Shown here in pieces: positions 48,040 to 59,722 of a stretch of 64,000 nucleotides of DNA. Below the pieces are notes generated by a model. The model was not told the DNA's origin. It worked only from the letters and a program-made list of their open reading frames with translations, and searched no databases. Location: assembly GCA_964035575.1 (NCBI GenBank), contig OZ037835.1, positions 248,001 to 312,000 on the forward strand, read 5' to 3'. The position numbers and the translations under genes are program-made. The stretch comes from Rhynchopus sp. YZ270_cl-10. Taxonomy: Eukaryota. Within the stretch, counting starts at the first letter, position 1. Each line of letters opens with the position of its first letter.

Positions 48040-49941
48040 AACCCCCCCCCCCCCCCCCCCCGTATAATATTTACATAAATTTATGTAAATAATACGCGTG
48101 TTGTAAATAATAGGCGTCTTTGTAAATAATAGGCGTGTGTTAATAAGAGGCGTATATCGTAGTTTCCTGAGGGTTACTCCGCTCCACTACAGACAATAAG
48201 AAAACAAAGGAAGTATATGTAAAGCCTATATGTGCCTCGTTCACACACATTTTTACAAACAAAGGGTACACAAAATAATTTACAATTTTTCATCGTTCAC
48301 CTACATGCTTGACATTCAATCCCCATACTTTCCATAACGCACACCACCAGAAAGCTATTTATATTTTAAAAAATGTCATCAATCGCAATCCCGGACCCTG
48401 CCCTTTCGACCATGGAGTACTACGTGGAGTACGATTCGGAGGCAGAGTCACTTGTTAGTGACGGGGAGGAGGGGGACGCCCAAAAGCTTCGAAACCCACA
48501 TATTTCCACTGCCGGACCTCACCGGAGGGGACGTGGGGTGGTTTTCGGCACCTTAGAAGAAAAACTGTGCTCCCGGATCCATTTTTTTGAAAGCGTTACA
48601 TTCCTAGAGGAAATCTTACTAAAATCTTACTATTTTCGAAGCCGTTTTTTCGAAAAAAAGTGATTTTTTTTCGAAAATAAACGCTCAGTTTTGGTTGTTT
48701 GGTGTTTCATTAGGCAGAATCGACGAATTTTAGGCCACTTTGGGACCATGTAGACCCACCTTGGCGGGTTTTATGACTTTTTTTCAAAAAATTCTTGAAA
48801 AAACACGAGCGTTACAGAGGGTCCTTAAGGATTTCCTTAAGGTCTGTGCCCCCTACCCCCCCCAAAAAAAAAAAAATCCAAAAAAAAAATAATGTAAATA
48901 ATACGCGTGTGTTAATAATACACGTGAAAGTGGCCTTTTTGTAAATAATATGCGTGTGTAAATAATACGCGTATGTAAATATTATACGGGGGGGGGGGGG
49001 CAGTGTTGGCAGAGTACGTGTACGTTGTACTTTTTGTACTTTGTACTTTTGTACTTTTTGACGTACTTTTTGGCGCCCAAATCCGTACTTTATGACCCTA
49101 TATTTTACCCTGGGAATTCGACACAAGAAGAAGTCCGTTTTGGCTGACCGCTGTGAAGCTGACCCGCATCCCCCCTCACTCGTGCCAGTGCGAGGAAACA
49201 TTCTCCGATATGGGGTTCGTCACTTGTGCACGTCGGCACAATATGGGACCTGTGAACATTCACCGCGCCACCTCGCTGTACAAAAAACTGAGGGCGAACA
49301 GGGAGGAGTGCTGGTGAGGGAGAATCCGGAGGGGGAGAACGAACCACCGACAAAGCGGAGTAAGAAGACTGATGACGCGCCCGTAAGCGAGATTGACTTT
49401 ACTACCATTCTGTGAACCCCATAATCCCATCCCTTTTCCCCCTCCCAACTGTTCGAGGTGTAGTCATCTACCCCCTACTGTATCTCGACTTTGTTGGACC
49501 ACACGTGATCACACGTGACCGACAGGAAACACCATCTCCCATTGCTTCTTGACTCCGAGGCGTCGCTGTTCGAGAACCAGGTGCCGCTGTCTGTGAACCT
49601 GCGAGACCACGCGCACATTCTTGAGAAGCCGTTTACACCTTTGTGCCGTACTATGCCAACCGTTAGTATTTAACGGATTCTTGAAGCCGTTCATAGCTCT
49701 GTACACCCTCCTATTTGTACTTTTTGAGCATTTTCCGTACTATACTGCCCTCAAACCTTTTTTTTTGCCCCCACACTGGTACACCACTTGCACATACCCG
49801 GCCACAAACCCAGATGTACTTTTTGTGTATTTTTTGTACTTTTTACGTACTTTTTGTACTATTGTACTATTGTACTTTTTACGTACTTTTTAAAATTGGA
49901 CACGTACTCTGCCAACACTGGGGGGGGGGGGGGGGGGGGTT
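48040..49941. mobile_element. TA-flanked TIR element with poly-C/poly-G termini, nested in the hAT-like element
   Basis: TA|AA(C)nGTATAATATTTACATA ... TATGTAAATATTATAC(G)nTT|TA once 49001-49920 is removed. Confidence 0.8.
49001..49920. mobile_element. 920-bp TIR element (21-bp TIR CAGTGTTGGCAGAGTACGTGT) inserted in a poly-G tract
   Basis: Perfect TIRs, G runs on both flanks, subterminal GTACTTTT repeats. Confidence 0.9.
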
Positions 49942-50086
49942 TATCAGGAAAGTTCAGCTGTAATATCACTTGTGCTGGGGAAGGGATCACGCGCAAATCG
50001 CAAATTTTTTTTGACCATTCAGTACCAGGGATTCACCCCACGAACTAACTTCTCTCCGGCGGGAAAATTTTTTTTGACCTATTTTA

Positions 50087-50413
50087 CTGGGGGGGGGGCC
50101 GAATACAAGTCCCCTGCCGAATACAAGTCCCCGCCAAATACAAGTCCCCCTTTTATTTTGGCCGTTTTATAAAATATATTTTAGAATACAAGTCCCTACA
50201 CGGAGTACCATAAGGGGGTACTCCAGTGTAGGGACTTGTATTTAGCATACTGTAAAAAAATTAATTTTTTGCGACATGCAAAATCCTTTTAGGGACTTGT
50301 ATTCAACAGATCATAAAATATTTATACAATAATTTTATGTTTGAAAACCCCCCTAAAAAAAGCGCTGACATGGTGAATACAAGGGGGGGGGGCTTCTATT
50401 CGACCCCCCCCAG
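50087..50413. mobile_element. 327-bp TA-flanked MITE (Tc1/mariner-type TSD)
   Basis: TA|CT(G)nCCGAATACAAGTCCCC ... GGGGCTTCTATTCGA(C)nAG|TA; internal AATACAAGTCCC motif in both orientations. Confidence 0.8.
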
Positions 50414-51984
50414 TAAGCACTAGTAAAAAAACGAAAATTTCGGGGTTTTTGGCATTTCGCCACGATCAGGAAAAAACGATGGCGATAGCGAACGCCCTGG
50501 TTTTTGTGTATAAAAAAAATTCAAAATTTTCAGCAAAGACCTAAAGAAAAATGGACTTTTGGCCCCAAAACCCCACGGAAATCACTCTGTGCACACATAT
50601 GACTGGAAAAATCCACTTTTCCTCTTGTTTTGGGCTATTTAAAATTTTTGAATTTTTTGATAAATCGCCCTGTATCAAATCCCCTTAGAAAAGGGGGAAA
50701 TTGGGTGAAAATGCGACAAAAAGTGTCAAAAAATCGGGGGGGAAAGTGCCAGAAAGTGCAAAAAAGGCACCAAAAAGTAAGGAATAGTCCACCAAATGTG
50801 TTTCCTGGGGTGATTTTGTGTTACCGACTGATTTTTGTTACACTTTTTATGATTTTTTCGGGTGTGTTACAGAAAAAACGGCCTCATCGCACCCCCTAGG
50901 GGGGGGGTCACAACATCTCTCTCTTGGCGCCCCATGCTGTACCGACAGTTGGGCCTCACCCTGTCTCTTAGGGATATACATGGACGTCCTTACAGGCAGC
51001 ACACCGTAACCCAAAGGCGTGGCAGAGAGACACCGTAGAGCGACTCTGGCCTGACCGCTGGCCATTTATGCTCCGGGTGCGAGCACCCATCATAGCATAG
51101 GGGGGCCAGCCTGACCCAGCATTTATATACCCTGCCAGGGTGAACTTGCATAAAAGAGGGCAGGGGCGTTTAGACCCTGAGGACTAGGGGAAGTCCCGCA
51201 TACCCCAACAGAAAGACAAAGGCTATGCACTGGTGATATAGGAGGCAGGGTTGCTGAAAAACAAAAAGACCCTGAAGGCACAAAAACGCCCCGCATACCC
51301 CTCCTCGCCTCCTGTTTTGTAATCTCTCAGGTAGGAGACATCGGTTCGAGCGGTCAACACCTTCATAGAGTTTCTGGAGGAACGGACCCCCGGATGCAAT
51401 TTAAGGTCCAGCCCAGGACCAATTAAAAGTTGAGTAAATTATCTGCGAACAACGTCTCCCTCCATGCTGCGGGGGCACTCGTAAACACTAAATGAACAGA
51501 AACAACACACTTCAGCTCTTGTTACACAAGAGAGCTGAACCAAAATAAAAGTTAAGCAAACTCTCTGCTCACGACGTCTCCCTCAATGCTGCCATACGCA
51601 GCTGTGGAAGGTCTCTCGACGAGTTGTCGTCCTGAGTCACGTTATGCAGCACGGGAAGGAGGCTGAGGGAGAAGAAACACATCGACCCTGTCGATACTGA
51701 GCTCCTCCACAACCCTTCCCCGCAAGCCGTGACACAAAGTTGCATCAATCCGATTAGTTTTACTTCCCAACCCAAGAATGACAAAACGTGAAGACAATAA
51801 ATAAAAGCAAAGTGTATTTGAGGCTTGTGAGACACTCAACGAATGTGCCGGCTCTGTGCGCGACTAGGTGAAACAATAGCACAATATTTGCCTATGGGAA
51901 AGTGCAAATTAAAAACGAACCTAAAATGAAATCAAAAGCTGTTTGAACAGGAATGAGCAGCTAGCCCCTCTAGATGCACACGCC

Positions 51985-53067
51985 TCACATGCACACACAT
52001 TGCCACTGCATACGCCCGGTGCGCGCATATTCTGACACAACACTGCTCGATCCGGTGACGTTGATGCTGCATTCATCTAAGTTACACTCATTAAGTCCTC
52101 CTCGCCCGATATGCGTCACACTCGCCCACCCAGACCAATCAAGTGTTCTCAATGCGCTGCAGTTGGAGAGGAAGCAGTCCCCTATTTGCGCAACTTTGTT
52201 CCACCCAGACAGGTTAAGTGTGGCCAATGAGCTGCAGCCCTGGAACAGTTCGCGACCTACGTGCGTCACATTGCTCCACCCAGATAAGTCAAGTGCGGTC
52301 AACGAGATGCATCCGTCGAAGAAGCAGTCTCCTATGTGCTTCACACTGTGCCACCCAGAGAAGTCAACGGTGCGCAATGCGGTGCAGTTGGCGAGGAAGT
52401 ATTTCCGTATGTGAGTCACACTACTGCACGCAGACAGGTCAAGTGTGGTCAACGAGGTGCAGCTGTAGAAGAAGCAGTCTCCTATGTGCTTCACACTGTG
52501 CCACCCAGACAAGTCGATGGTTCGCAATGCGCCGCACCGGAAGAAGAAAGCGTACTCAATGTGCGTCACGTTGCTCCACCCGGATAAGTCAATAGTGTGC
52601 AATGAGGAGCAGCCGCCGAGGAAGTTATTGCGTATTGTAGTCACGCCTAGCACATCACTGAGATCAAGTTCTTCGAACGGGCGACATGAAAAGAATGGAG
52701 CAGGAAGCTCGGTAAGAAGTTCTGCCTGCAGAAACAAATAAACCAGCTTGAGATCGATCGTACGTTGGAACTGATCCAGTTGTAACATCCCTGCAGTCAG
52801 CTCCGTCTCACCCAATGCACGAAGAGCTGCAATGGCGGCGTCCTTCTTCGACATCGTACTCTTCGTCAGGAAGATTGTGTCCCCAGAACTCAGCTGCGTC
52901 ATGTCGTATCCTTCGTCCATGACCTTCCCTCCGAAGCTCATGTCAAAGCCGTCTTCGCGCAACTCTGCTGCAGACGCCACCTTCCGCCGTATGTCCGCAG
53001 TTGTATCATCCACACCCACATCGACTGTGTACTTCTCTCCGTCAAAGCTCTCCACACATATTTCCAT
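51985..53067 (-). CDS. UBL-LRR protein with CaaX tail (WQCVCM), 360 aa
   Basis: Paralog of 39002-39916 with more LSGW-type repeats. Confidence 0.92.
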   Translation of the reverse strand: MEICVESFDGEKYTVDVGVDDTTADIRRKVASAAELREDGFDMSFGGKVMDEGYDMTQLSSGDTIFLTKSTMSKKDAAIAALRALGETELTAGMLQLDQFQRTIDLKLVYLFLQAELLTELPAPFFSCRPFEELDLSDVLGVTTIRNNFLGGCSSLHTIDLSGWSNVTHIEYAFFFRCGALRTIDLSGWHSVKHIGDCFFYSCTSLTTLDLSACSSVTHIRKYFLANCTALRTVDFSGWHSVKHIGDCFFDGCISLTALDLSGWSNVTHVGRELFQGCSSLATLNLSGWNKVAQIGDCFLSNCSALRTLDWSGWASVTHIGRGGLNECNLDECSINVTGSSSVVSEYARTGRMQWQCVCM

Positions 53068-54114
53068 GGTTTTGTGTCTCTCTGTTTTGTGGAGGTGTTT
53101 TCAATTGGGGGTAAGAGTACGCAAGAGACAACAAACAGCTACAAGGGGAGGGGTCTTTTGTTTTGTTACTTTTGTCCAAATATTTGTGAACAGTATTTAG
53201 AAGTGAAAACAGAAACACAAAATTTGTATTAAATCTGAGAGGAAGAGAAGGAGGAGGCACGGCACTGTTCGTGTGTTGTGCCAGGTCCTCCCCCACATTC
53301 CTTCCTCCCAGCCTGGCAGCGACACAGCCGCACTGGCACTAGAGCCAATAAGCTGGCCTGACTCCAAAACTAATGAAAGAAGCAATGCACAAAACCCTAA
53401 CATATGGCGTGCTAATAAAGAAGGGCGACCACCTTGTTTGTTGCCCTTCCTGTCCGCATACACCATCCCCGAATATGCTTTCAAATGACATAGGTTCGTG
53501 ATCCTGGATAAACAACAGCGCACGTCAGTTGTCTCACGTACAGTGCACACACCCTGAAAACGTAACCCCTTCTCTCCAGCACAGACCCCACCTTTGGTAG
53601 TTGGTCTGCCTTGCTGCCTCTTCTGCACCGTAGCTGAGTGCCACTTGTACCTACCTGCGAAAGAATGTTCGCAAGGTCCCTTCTTCTCCTAACGTAAAAA
53701 GCGGAAAAACATAACAAAACCACAACACACCACACTGAATAAACATCAGAGCACGTGCCTGCAGATCCACAGTTGTTTCACATACAGTGCACACACCCGA
53801 CAACTCAAAGAAGACAAACATTTCACACAGCCCAAATCTTCATCTTTGTGATCAAGATCTTGACAATTCCCACAAAAACGTGGACCACATTACAAACCGA
53901 TGATACCCTCATGAACATTAAACAAACATTTGCCAACTGATGTGTCCTCACTAAACTGCCACCATGTCTGCTTTCGTTGACCGCATCACAGCTGCTTTGT
54001 TTTTGGTGCTGTGCTACATAGCAGGCTTCCTCAAACACAAATAGCACGTGCGCCACAACTTGGTACCGAAAACCTTGCCAATTCTGAGGCTGAAACCACC
54101 AGCACACCTCATCG

Positions 54115-54277
54115 TCATTGTGCGTGTCTCTGCCGTTTGTGTGCTTGTTGGGGGGATTCGTCTCTGCTGCGTTTCGGACGGGCTTCAACCACAAGCTTGC
54201 TCAGATCGCACTTCACTACTGCGTCGGAAACAGCACTGCTGCAGCCGGTAAGGTGAATACTCTTCAACGAAGTGCAG
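54115..54277 (-). pseudogene. Orphan 3' fragment of an NLS-type UBL-LRR gene
   Basis: TSLKSIHLTGCSSAVSDAVVK...RPKRSRDESPQQAHKRQRHAQ-stop; homology stops abruptly at about 54277. Confidence 0.85.
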
Positions 54278-54788
54278 ATCCATTTTATTTTGTTCGGGGT
54301 ATCAAAAATGAAACACCCCCTTCTTTATTTCTTTCGTTGTTTGTTGTTTGTTGATCGCATCCATCTTTGAAGTACGGTGGAGAGGTGGAGCACAAAAGGG
54401 GTGAAGAGGAGAACGGTAAGACTCCTGACAACCGAAGAGCGCGTCATTCATTTCCAGACGCATTGCACACTCGTACAAAAGGAAATAAACAAAAAGTCCT
54501 TGAGAGACTCGTTTCTCTTTCCTTGTTGCTTACAGACTATAAACGTGGAGGGGGCAATAAAGGTTCTGTGTTCAGAACCGTATCCCCCGCTGTCAGCCAC
54601 GAGATCCTGAAGGAGAATGCGTGGGTGAGGCCGCTGCCGTCGAGATGGGCGACAGCCTGGTCAGATGCCTCCTCGACCAAATGGGCGGCGATATTCGAAG
54701 GCACACCTGAGCGAGTTGCACAGCTAAGTGAAGCAGCTGTCACAGCGGAGCTGCTCTACGTTCCTTGCCTAGCTTCTCCTGTCCCTCT

Positions 54789-55745
54789 TTACGAAACACT
54801 GCAGCAAGGCAAGGTTGCTTTCGTCTTGTCGCTGCTACGTGTCGGAGGTGCGTCAACCACATACTCCTTCAGCTTGGCTTCACGTACTCGACTGGACACA
54901 GCACTGCTGCAGCCGGCAAGGTGGATGTTCCTCAACCAAGTGTCGTGGTAGTTCGTACGTATCTCACCCATGTGCGTAACATTGCGGAGTGGCGACAGGT
55001 CTAGTCCTGTGAGGTTGCTGCAGTTGTCGAGAAAGCTTGTACCAATGCTTGTAACATTGTTGAGTGGTGATAAGTCCACTTCTGTGAGGCTTCTGCAGAA
55101 GGCAAGAAACTCGTCATCAATGTGAGTAACATTGCTGAGTGGTGATAAATCCACTACTTTGAGGCTGCGACAGTAGGCAAGAAAGCTTCCATCAATTTGT
55201 GTAACTTTGCGAAGTGGTGATAAGTCCACCGCTGTGAGGCTGCTGCAGTAGTAAAGAAAGCCGGTACCCACCCGCGTGAGACTGGTCAACCCAGAAAGGT
55301 CGATGCTCGTCAACGATGTGCACCCGTAAAGGAAAGTGTCACCAACTTCCGTCACACACGACACAGCACTCAGATCAAGTGTTGTTATCGATTGACGCGC
55401 CAAGAATCCTCCCGGAATAACAGTCGCAACCTCCGCCTGCAGAAGCAAACACGCCACCTCAGCATCCTCCACAGTCGCCAGCCTCTCTGCTGTGATGTCC
55501 TCACCCAACGCATGAAGTGCTGCTCTGGCCATGAACTTCTTACTTTCCGTCAGGATGATTGTGTCTCCAGCACTCAGCTGCGTGATGTCGTCTCCTTCCT
55601 CCTTCCCTCCGAAGCCCATGTGGAAGCTGTCCTCAGCCAACCCCACTGCAGACGCCACCTTCTGCCGCATCGTCTCCGTTGTGTCATCCACACCCACCTC
55701 GATCACATACGAGTTGTCTGCACAGTCCTTGATAACTACTTCCAT
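54789..55745 (-). CDS. UBL-LRR protein with CCSVS tail, 318 aa
   Basis: MEVVIKDCADN-type UBL, LSPL-type LRRs, terminal PCCSVS. Confidence 0.92.
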   Translation of the reverse strand: MEVVIKDCADNSYVIEVGVDDTTETMRQKVASAVGLAEDSFHMGFGGKEEGDDITQLSAGDTIILTESKKFMARAALHALGEDITAERLATVEDAEVACLLLQAEVATVIPGGFLARQSITTLDLSAVSCVTEVGDTFLYGCTSLTSIDLSGLTSLTRVGTGFLYYCSSLTAVDLSPLRKVTQIDGSFLAYCRSLKVVDLSPLSNVTHIDDEFLAFCRSLTEVDLSPLNNVTSIGTSFLDNCSNLTGLDLSPLRNVTHMGEIRTNYHDTWLRNIHLAGCSSAVSSRVREAKLKEYVVDAPPTRSSDKTKATLPCCSVS

Positions 55746-56288
55746 TTTGTCTTCTATTCTTTGTGTTGCTCTGTTGTGTGGTCGGGTTGTGGGAGTTGGG
55801 GCTGTGGTGGGTGAATATGGTCAGAGAAAAACAACAACCGTCTTAGCAGCTTGCTGTCGGTTGTTGTACTAATATCCAAAGTGCTGTGGATGATGCAAAA
55901 GGTGCATGAATGAAGCATTCGCACTGAACAGTATGGGAAAGGGGTGCGTCAAAAGGGTCATGTGTGAGAACACAAAGTAGTTGGGAAACATTCAGTTTTT
56001 AGCCTTTGTATGATGCACGAACACATGCCCCAAACCTCCGGAATTCCCAACTTAAACTTTATTTATAACCAGACCCTTATGAACAAACCGTAACATACGA
56101 ACGAGCAAGCAACTGTGCTTTCTGAGTGTCTCACTTACTCCCATTGTCCCACTGTCTCGGTCACAAGCCTCCTAGACCAAATGGGCGGCGATATTCGAAG
56201 GCCCACCTGAGCTAGTTGCGCAGCTGAGTGAAGCAGCTGTCACAGCGGAGCTGCTCTACGTTCCTTGCCTAGCTTCTCCTGACGCTCT

Positions 56289-57554
56289 TTACGAAACACT
56301 GCAGCAAGGCAAGGCTGCTTTCGTCTTCCATCTGCCACGTGTCGGAGGTGCGTCAACCACATACTCTTTCAGCTTGCATTGACGTACTCGACTGGACACA
56401 GCACTGCTGCAGCCGGCAAGGTGTATGCTCCTCAACGAAGTGTCGTGGTTACTCACATCCATAGATTGTAGCTCACCCATGTGCGTAACATTGCGAAGTG
56501 GTGACAGGTCGAGTTCTGTGAGGCTGGTGCAGTGTGCAAGAAAGCTTGTACCAATGTGTGTAACATTGAGAAGTGGAGATAAGTCCACTTCTGTGAGGCT
56601 GCTGCAGTGGCCAAGAAACCAGTCGTCAATGTGAGTAACATTGCTGAGTGGTGAGACGTCTACTGCTGTGAGGTTTCTGCAGTGGTAAAGAAAGCATGCA
56701 CCAAGCCCAGTAACATTGCTGAGTGGTGATAAATACACTACTGTGAGGCTGCTGCAGTAGGCAAGAAACCAGCCATCAATGTGAGTAACATTGCAAAGTG
56801 GTGATAAGTCCACTGCTGTGAGGCTGCTGCAGTGGGCAAGAAATTTGGTACCCATGTGAGTAACATTGCGAAGTGGTGATAAGTCTACTGCTGCGAGGCC
56901 GCTGCAGTTGTAAAGAAAGTGTGTATTAATATGTGTAACATTGCGAAGTGGTGATAAATCCACAACTGTGAGGCTGCTGCAGCTGGCAAGAAAACAGTCA
57001 TCAATGTGAGTAACATTGCGAAGTGGTAATAAGTCCACTGCTGTGAGGCTGCTGCAGTTGCTAAGAAAGTTGGTACCCACCCGCGTGAGACGTGTCAACC
57101 CAGACAGGTCGAGGCTTGTTAACGTTGTGCACCCGAAAAGGAAATTGACAGAAATTTCCGTCACACACGACACAGCACTCAGATCAAGCCTCGTTAACGA
57201 TGAACGCGCCAAGAAGCCTCTCGGAATGACAGTCGCAACCTCCGCCTGCAGAAGCAAACACGCAACCTCAGGAACCTCCACAGTCGCCAGCCTCTGTGCA
57301 GTGATGTCCTCACCCAACGCATGAAGTGCTGCTCTGGCCATGAACTTCTTAGTTTTCGTCAGGATGATTGTGTCTCCAGCACTCAGCTGCGTGATGTCGT
57401 CTCCTTCCTCCTTCCCTCCGAAGCCCATGTGGAAGCTGTCCTCAGCCAACCCCACTGCAGACGCCACCTTCTGCCGCATCGTCTCCGTTGTGTCATCCAC
57501 ACCCACCTCAATCACATACGAGTTGTCTGCACAGTCCTTGATAACTACTTCCAT
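56289..57554 (-). CDS. UBL-LRR protein with CCSVS tail, 421 aa
   Basis: Same architecture as 54789-55745, with more repeats. Confidence 0.92.
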   Translation of the reverse strand: MEVVIKDCADNSYVIEVGVDDTTETMRQKVASAVGLAEDSFHMGFGGKEEGDDITQLSAGDTIILTKTKKFMARAALHALGEDITAQRLATVEVPEVACLLLQAEVATVIPRGFLARSSLTRLDLSAVSCVTEISVNFLFGCTTLTSLDLSGLTRLTRVGTNFLSNCSSLTAVDLLPLRNVTHIDDCFLASCSSLTVVDLSPLRNVTHINTHFLYNCSGLAAVDLSPLRNVTHMGTKFLAHCSSLTAVDLSPLCNVTHIDGWFLAYCSSLTVVYLSPLSNVTGLGACFLYHCRNLTAVDVSPLSNVTHIDDWFLGHCSSLTEVDLSPLLNVTHIGTSFLAHCTSLTELDLSPLRNVTHMGELQSMDVSNHDTSLRSIHLAGCSSAVSSRVRQCKLKEYVVDAPPTRGRWKTKAALPCCSVS

Positions 57555-58143
57555 TTTGTCTTCTATTCTTTGTGTTACTCTGTTGTGTGGTGGGGTTGTG
57601 GGAGTTGGGGCTGTGGTGGGTGAACATGGTGAAAGAAAAACAACACCTCACCAAAGCCGCTTCCTTTGTAGGTAGCCGTACACATCGAGGTTGTATCAGA
57701 GCAAGCTTGGAAGGAGAGCAGTGAAAGCTTTTGGACAAAGCAAAGTTGCGGGGGTGGTGAAACGCACACACCTCGACCTGTCGGTGAAATGTGGCTCTAC
57801 TCCAACCCGCCCCGGATTAGAAAAATGGAAAAAGGATGGGAGTAGGGGTACGGTGTTCTATTTCCTTTTAGCATTGCATGTAATCATAAACATAAGAAGG
57901 AAACCTAGGAGTGCGGCGTCATTGTATTCCAAACCCTTATGAACTGATCTGAACGTGCATGCGCTGTGTGTGTTATTGATTCAGAGAAAGGGCAACAATC
58001 GCGAGAATCGGAATGGTGGGGTTGAGATTGATATGTTGAACGCTCCCCCCTCCATGTCACACTTTGTTTAGAAGCTTTGATGAGGTTACAGCTGTCACAG
58101 CGGAACAGCTCTACGTTCCTTGCCCAGCTTCTCCTGTCGCTCT

Positions 58144-59722
58144 TTACGAAACACTGCAGCAAGGCAAGGCTGCTTTCGTCTTGTCTCTGCCACGTGTCGG
58201 AGGTGGAGGTGGAGGTGCGTCAACCACATACTTCTTCAGCTCGCCTTCACGTACTCGACTGGACACAGCACTGCTGCAGCCGGCAATGTGGATGCTCCTC
58301 AACGAAGTGTAGCTGTTAGCAGGTAGCTCACCAAAGTGCGTAACTCTGCTGAGTGGTGACAGGTCTAGTTCTGTGAGGCTTGTGCAGTCAGAAAGTAAGT
58401 TTGTACCTATTTTTGTAACATTGCGAAGTGGTGATAAGTCCACTGCAGTGAGTCTGCTGCAGCCGGCAAGAAACTGGTCATCAATTTGTGTAACATTGCG
58501 AAGTGGTGTTAAGTCGACTGATGTGAGGCTGCTGCAATGGTCAAGAAAGCTTGTGTCAATGTGAGTAACACTGCGAAGTGGTGATATGTCCACTGCTGTG
58601 AGGCTGCTGCAGTAGGCAAGAAACCGCTCATTAATGTGTGTAACATTGCGAAGTGGTGATAAGTCGACTGTTGTGAGGCTGCTGCACAAGGCAAGAAACC
58701 AGCTATTAATTTGTGCCACACTGCTGAGTGGTGATACGTCTAGTTCTGTGAGTCTCCTGCAGTTGTAAAGAAATCTTGCACTAATGTGAGTAACATTGCG
58801 AAGTGGCGATAAGTCCAGTACTGTGAGGCTGCTGCAGTAGGCAAGAAACAGCTCACTAATGTGTGTAACATTGCAAAGTGATGATAAGTCTACTGTTGTG
58901 AGGCTGGTGCAGTGGGAAAGAAACCGGTCATCAATTTGAGTAACATTGCGAAGTGGTGATAAGTCGACTGCTGTGAGGCTGCTGCACAAGGCAAGAAACC
59001 AGCTATTAATTTGTACCACACTGCTGAGTGGTGATACGTCTAGTTCTGTGAGTCTCCTGCAGTTGAAAAGAAATCTTACACTAATGTGAGTAACATTGCG
59101 AAGTGGCGATAAGTCCACTGCTGCGAGCCTGGTGCAGTCGGAAAGAAAGCTGTTACCTATCCGGGTGAGACGTGTCAACCCAGAAAGGTCGAGGCTTGTT
59201 AACGTTGCGCACCCGTGAAGAAACGCATCGCCAATTTCCGTCACACAGGACACAGCACTCAGATCAAGTGCTGTTAACGCTGTCTGTGCCAATGGTGTGC
59301 GCGCCAGGAACCTATTCGGAATGACAGTCGCAACCTCCGCCTGCAGAAGCAAACACGCCACCTCAGCATCCTCCACAGTCACCAGCCTCTCTGCAGTGAT
59401 GTCCTCACCCAACGCATGAAGTGCTGCTCTGGCCACGAACTTCTTACTTTTCGTCAGGTGGGGGCCCGTTTTCGATGCATGCACCCCTATCCGAGATAGG
59501 TGATACAATACATCGCTTACTTTTCGTCAGGATGATTGTGTCTCCAGCACTCAGCTGCGTGATGTCGTCTCCTTCGTCCTTCCCTCCGAAGCCCATGTGG
59601 AAGCTGTCCTCAGCCAACCCCACTGCAGACGCCACCTTCTGCCGCATCGTCTCCGTTGTGTCATCCACACCCACCTCGATCACGTACGAGTTGTCTGCAC
59701 AGTCCTTGATAACTACTTCCAT
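58144..59722 (-). pseudogene. UBL-LRR-CCSVS gene interrupted by a 73-nt insertion (pseudogene or non-canonical intron)
   Basis: 57 unique nt (59459-59515) between 16-bp direct repeats CTTACTTTTCGTCAGG (59443-59458, 59516-59531); removing 73 nt restores a 501-aa ORF. Confidence 0.85.

Larger units (their letters stand above)
47517..50499. mobile_element. hAT-like non-autonomous element, 12-bp TIR, 8-bp TSD GTTTTTGT
   Basis: GTTTTTGT|CAGGGCGTTCGC...GCGAACGCCCTG|GTTTTTGT. Confidence 0.88.

Noticed and set aside
51170..51220. Hammerhead- or RNase MRP-like motifs (CTGAGGA...GAAA; GGGGAAGTCCC)
   Set aside because: The required stems and partner motifs could not be built convincingly.
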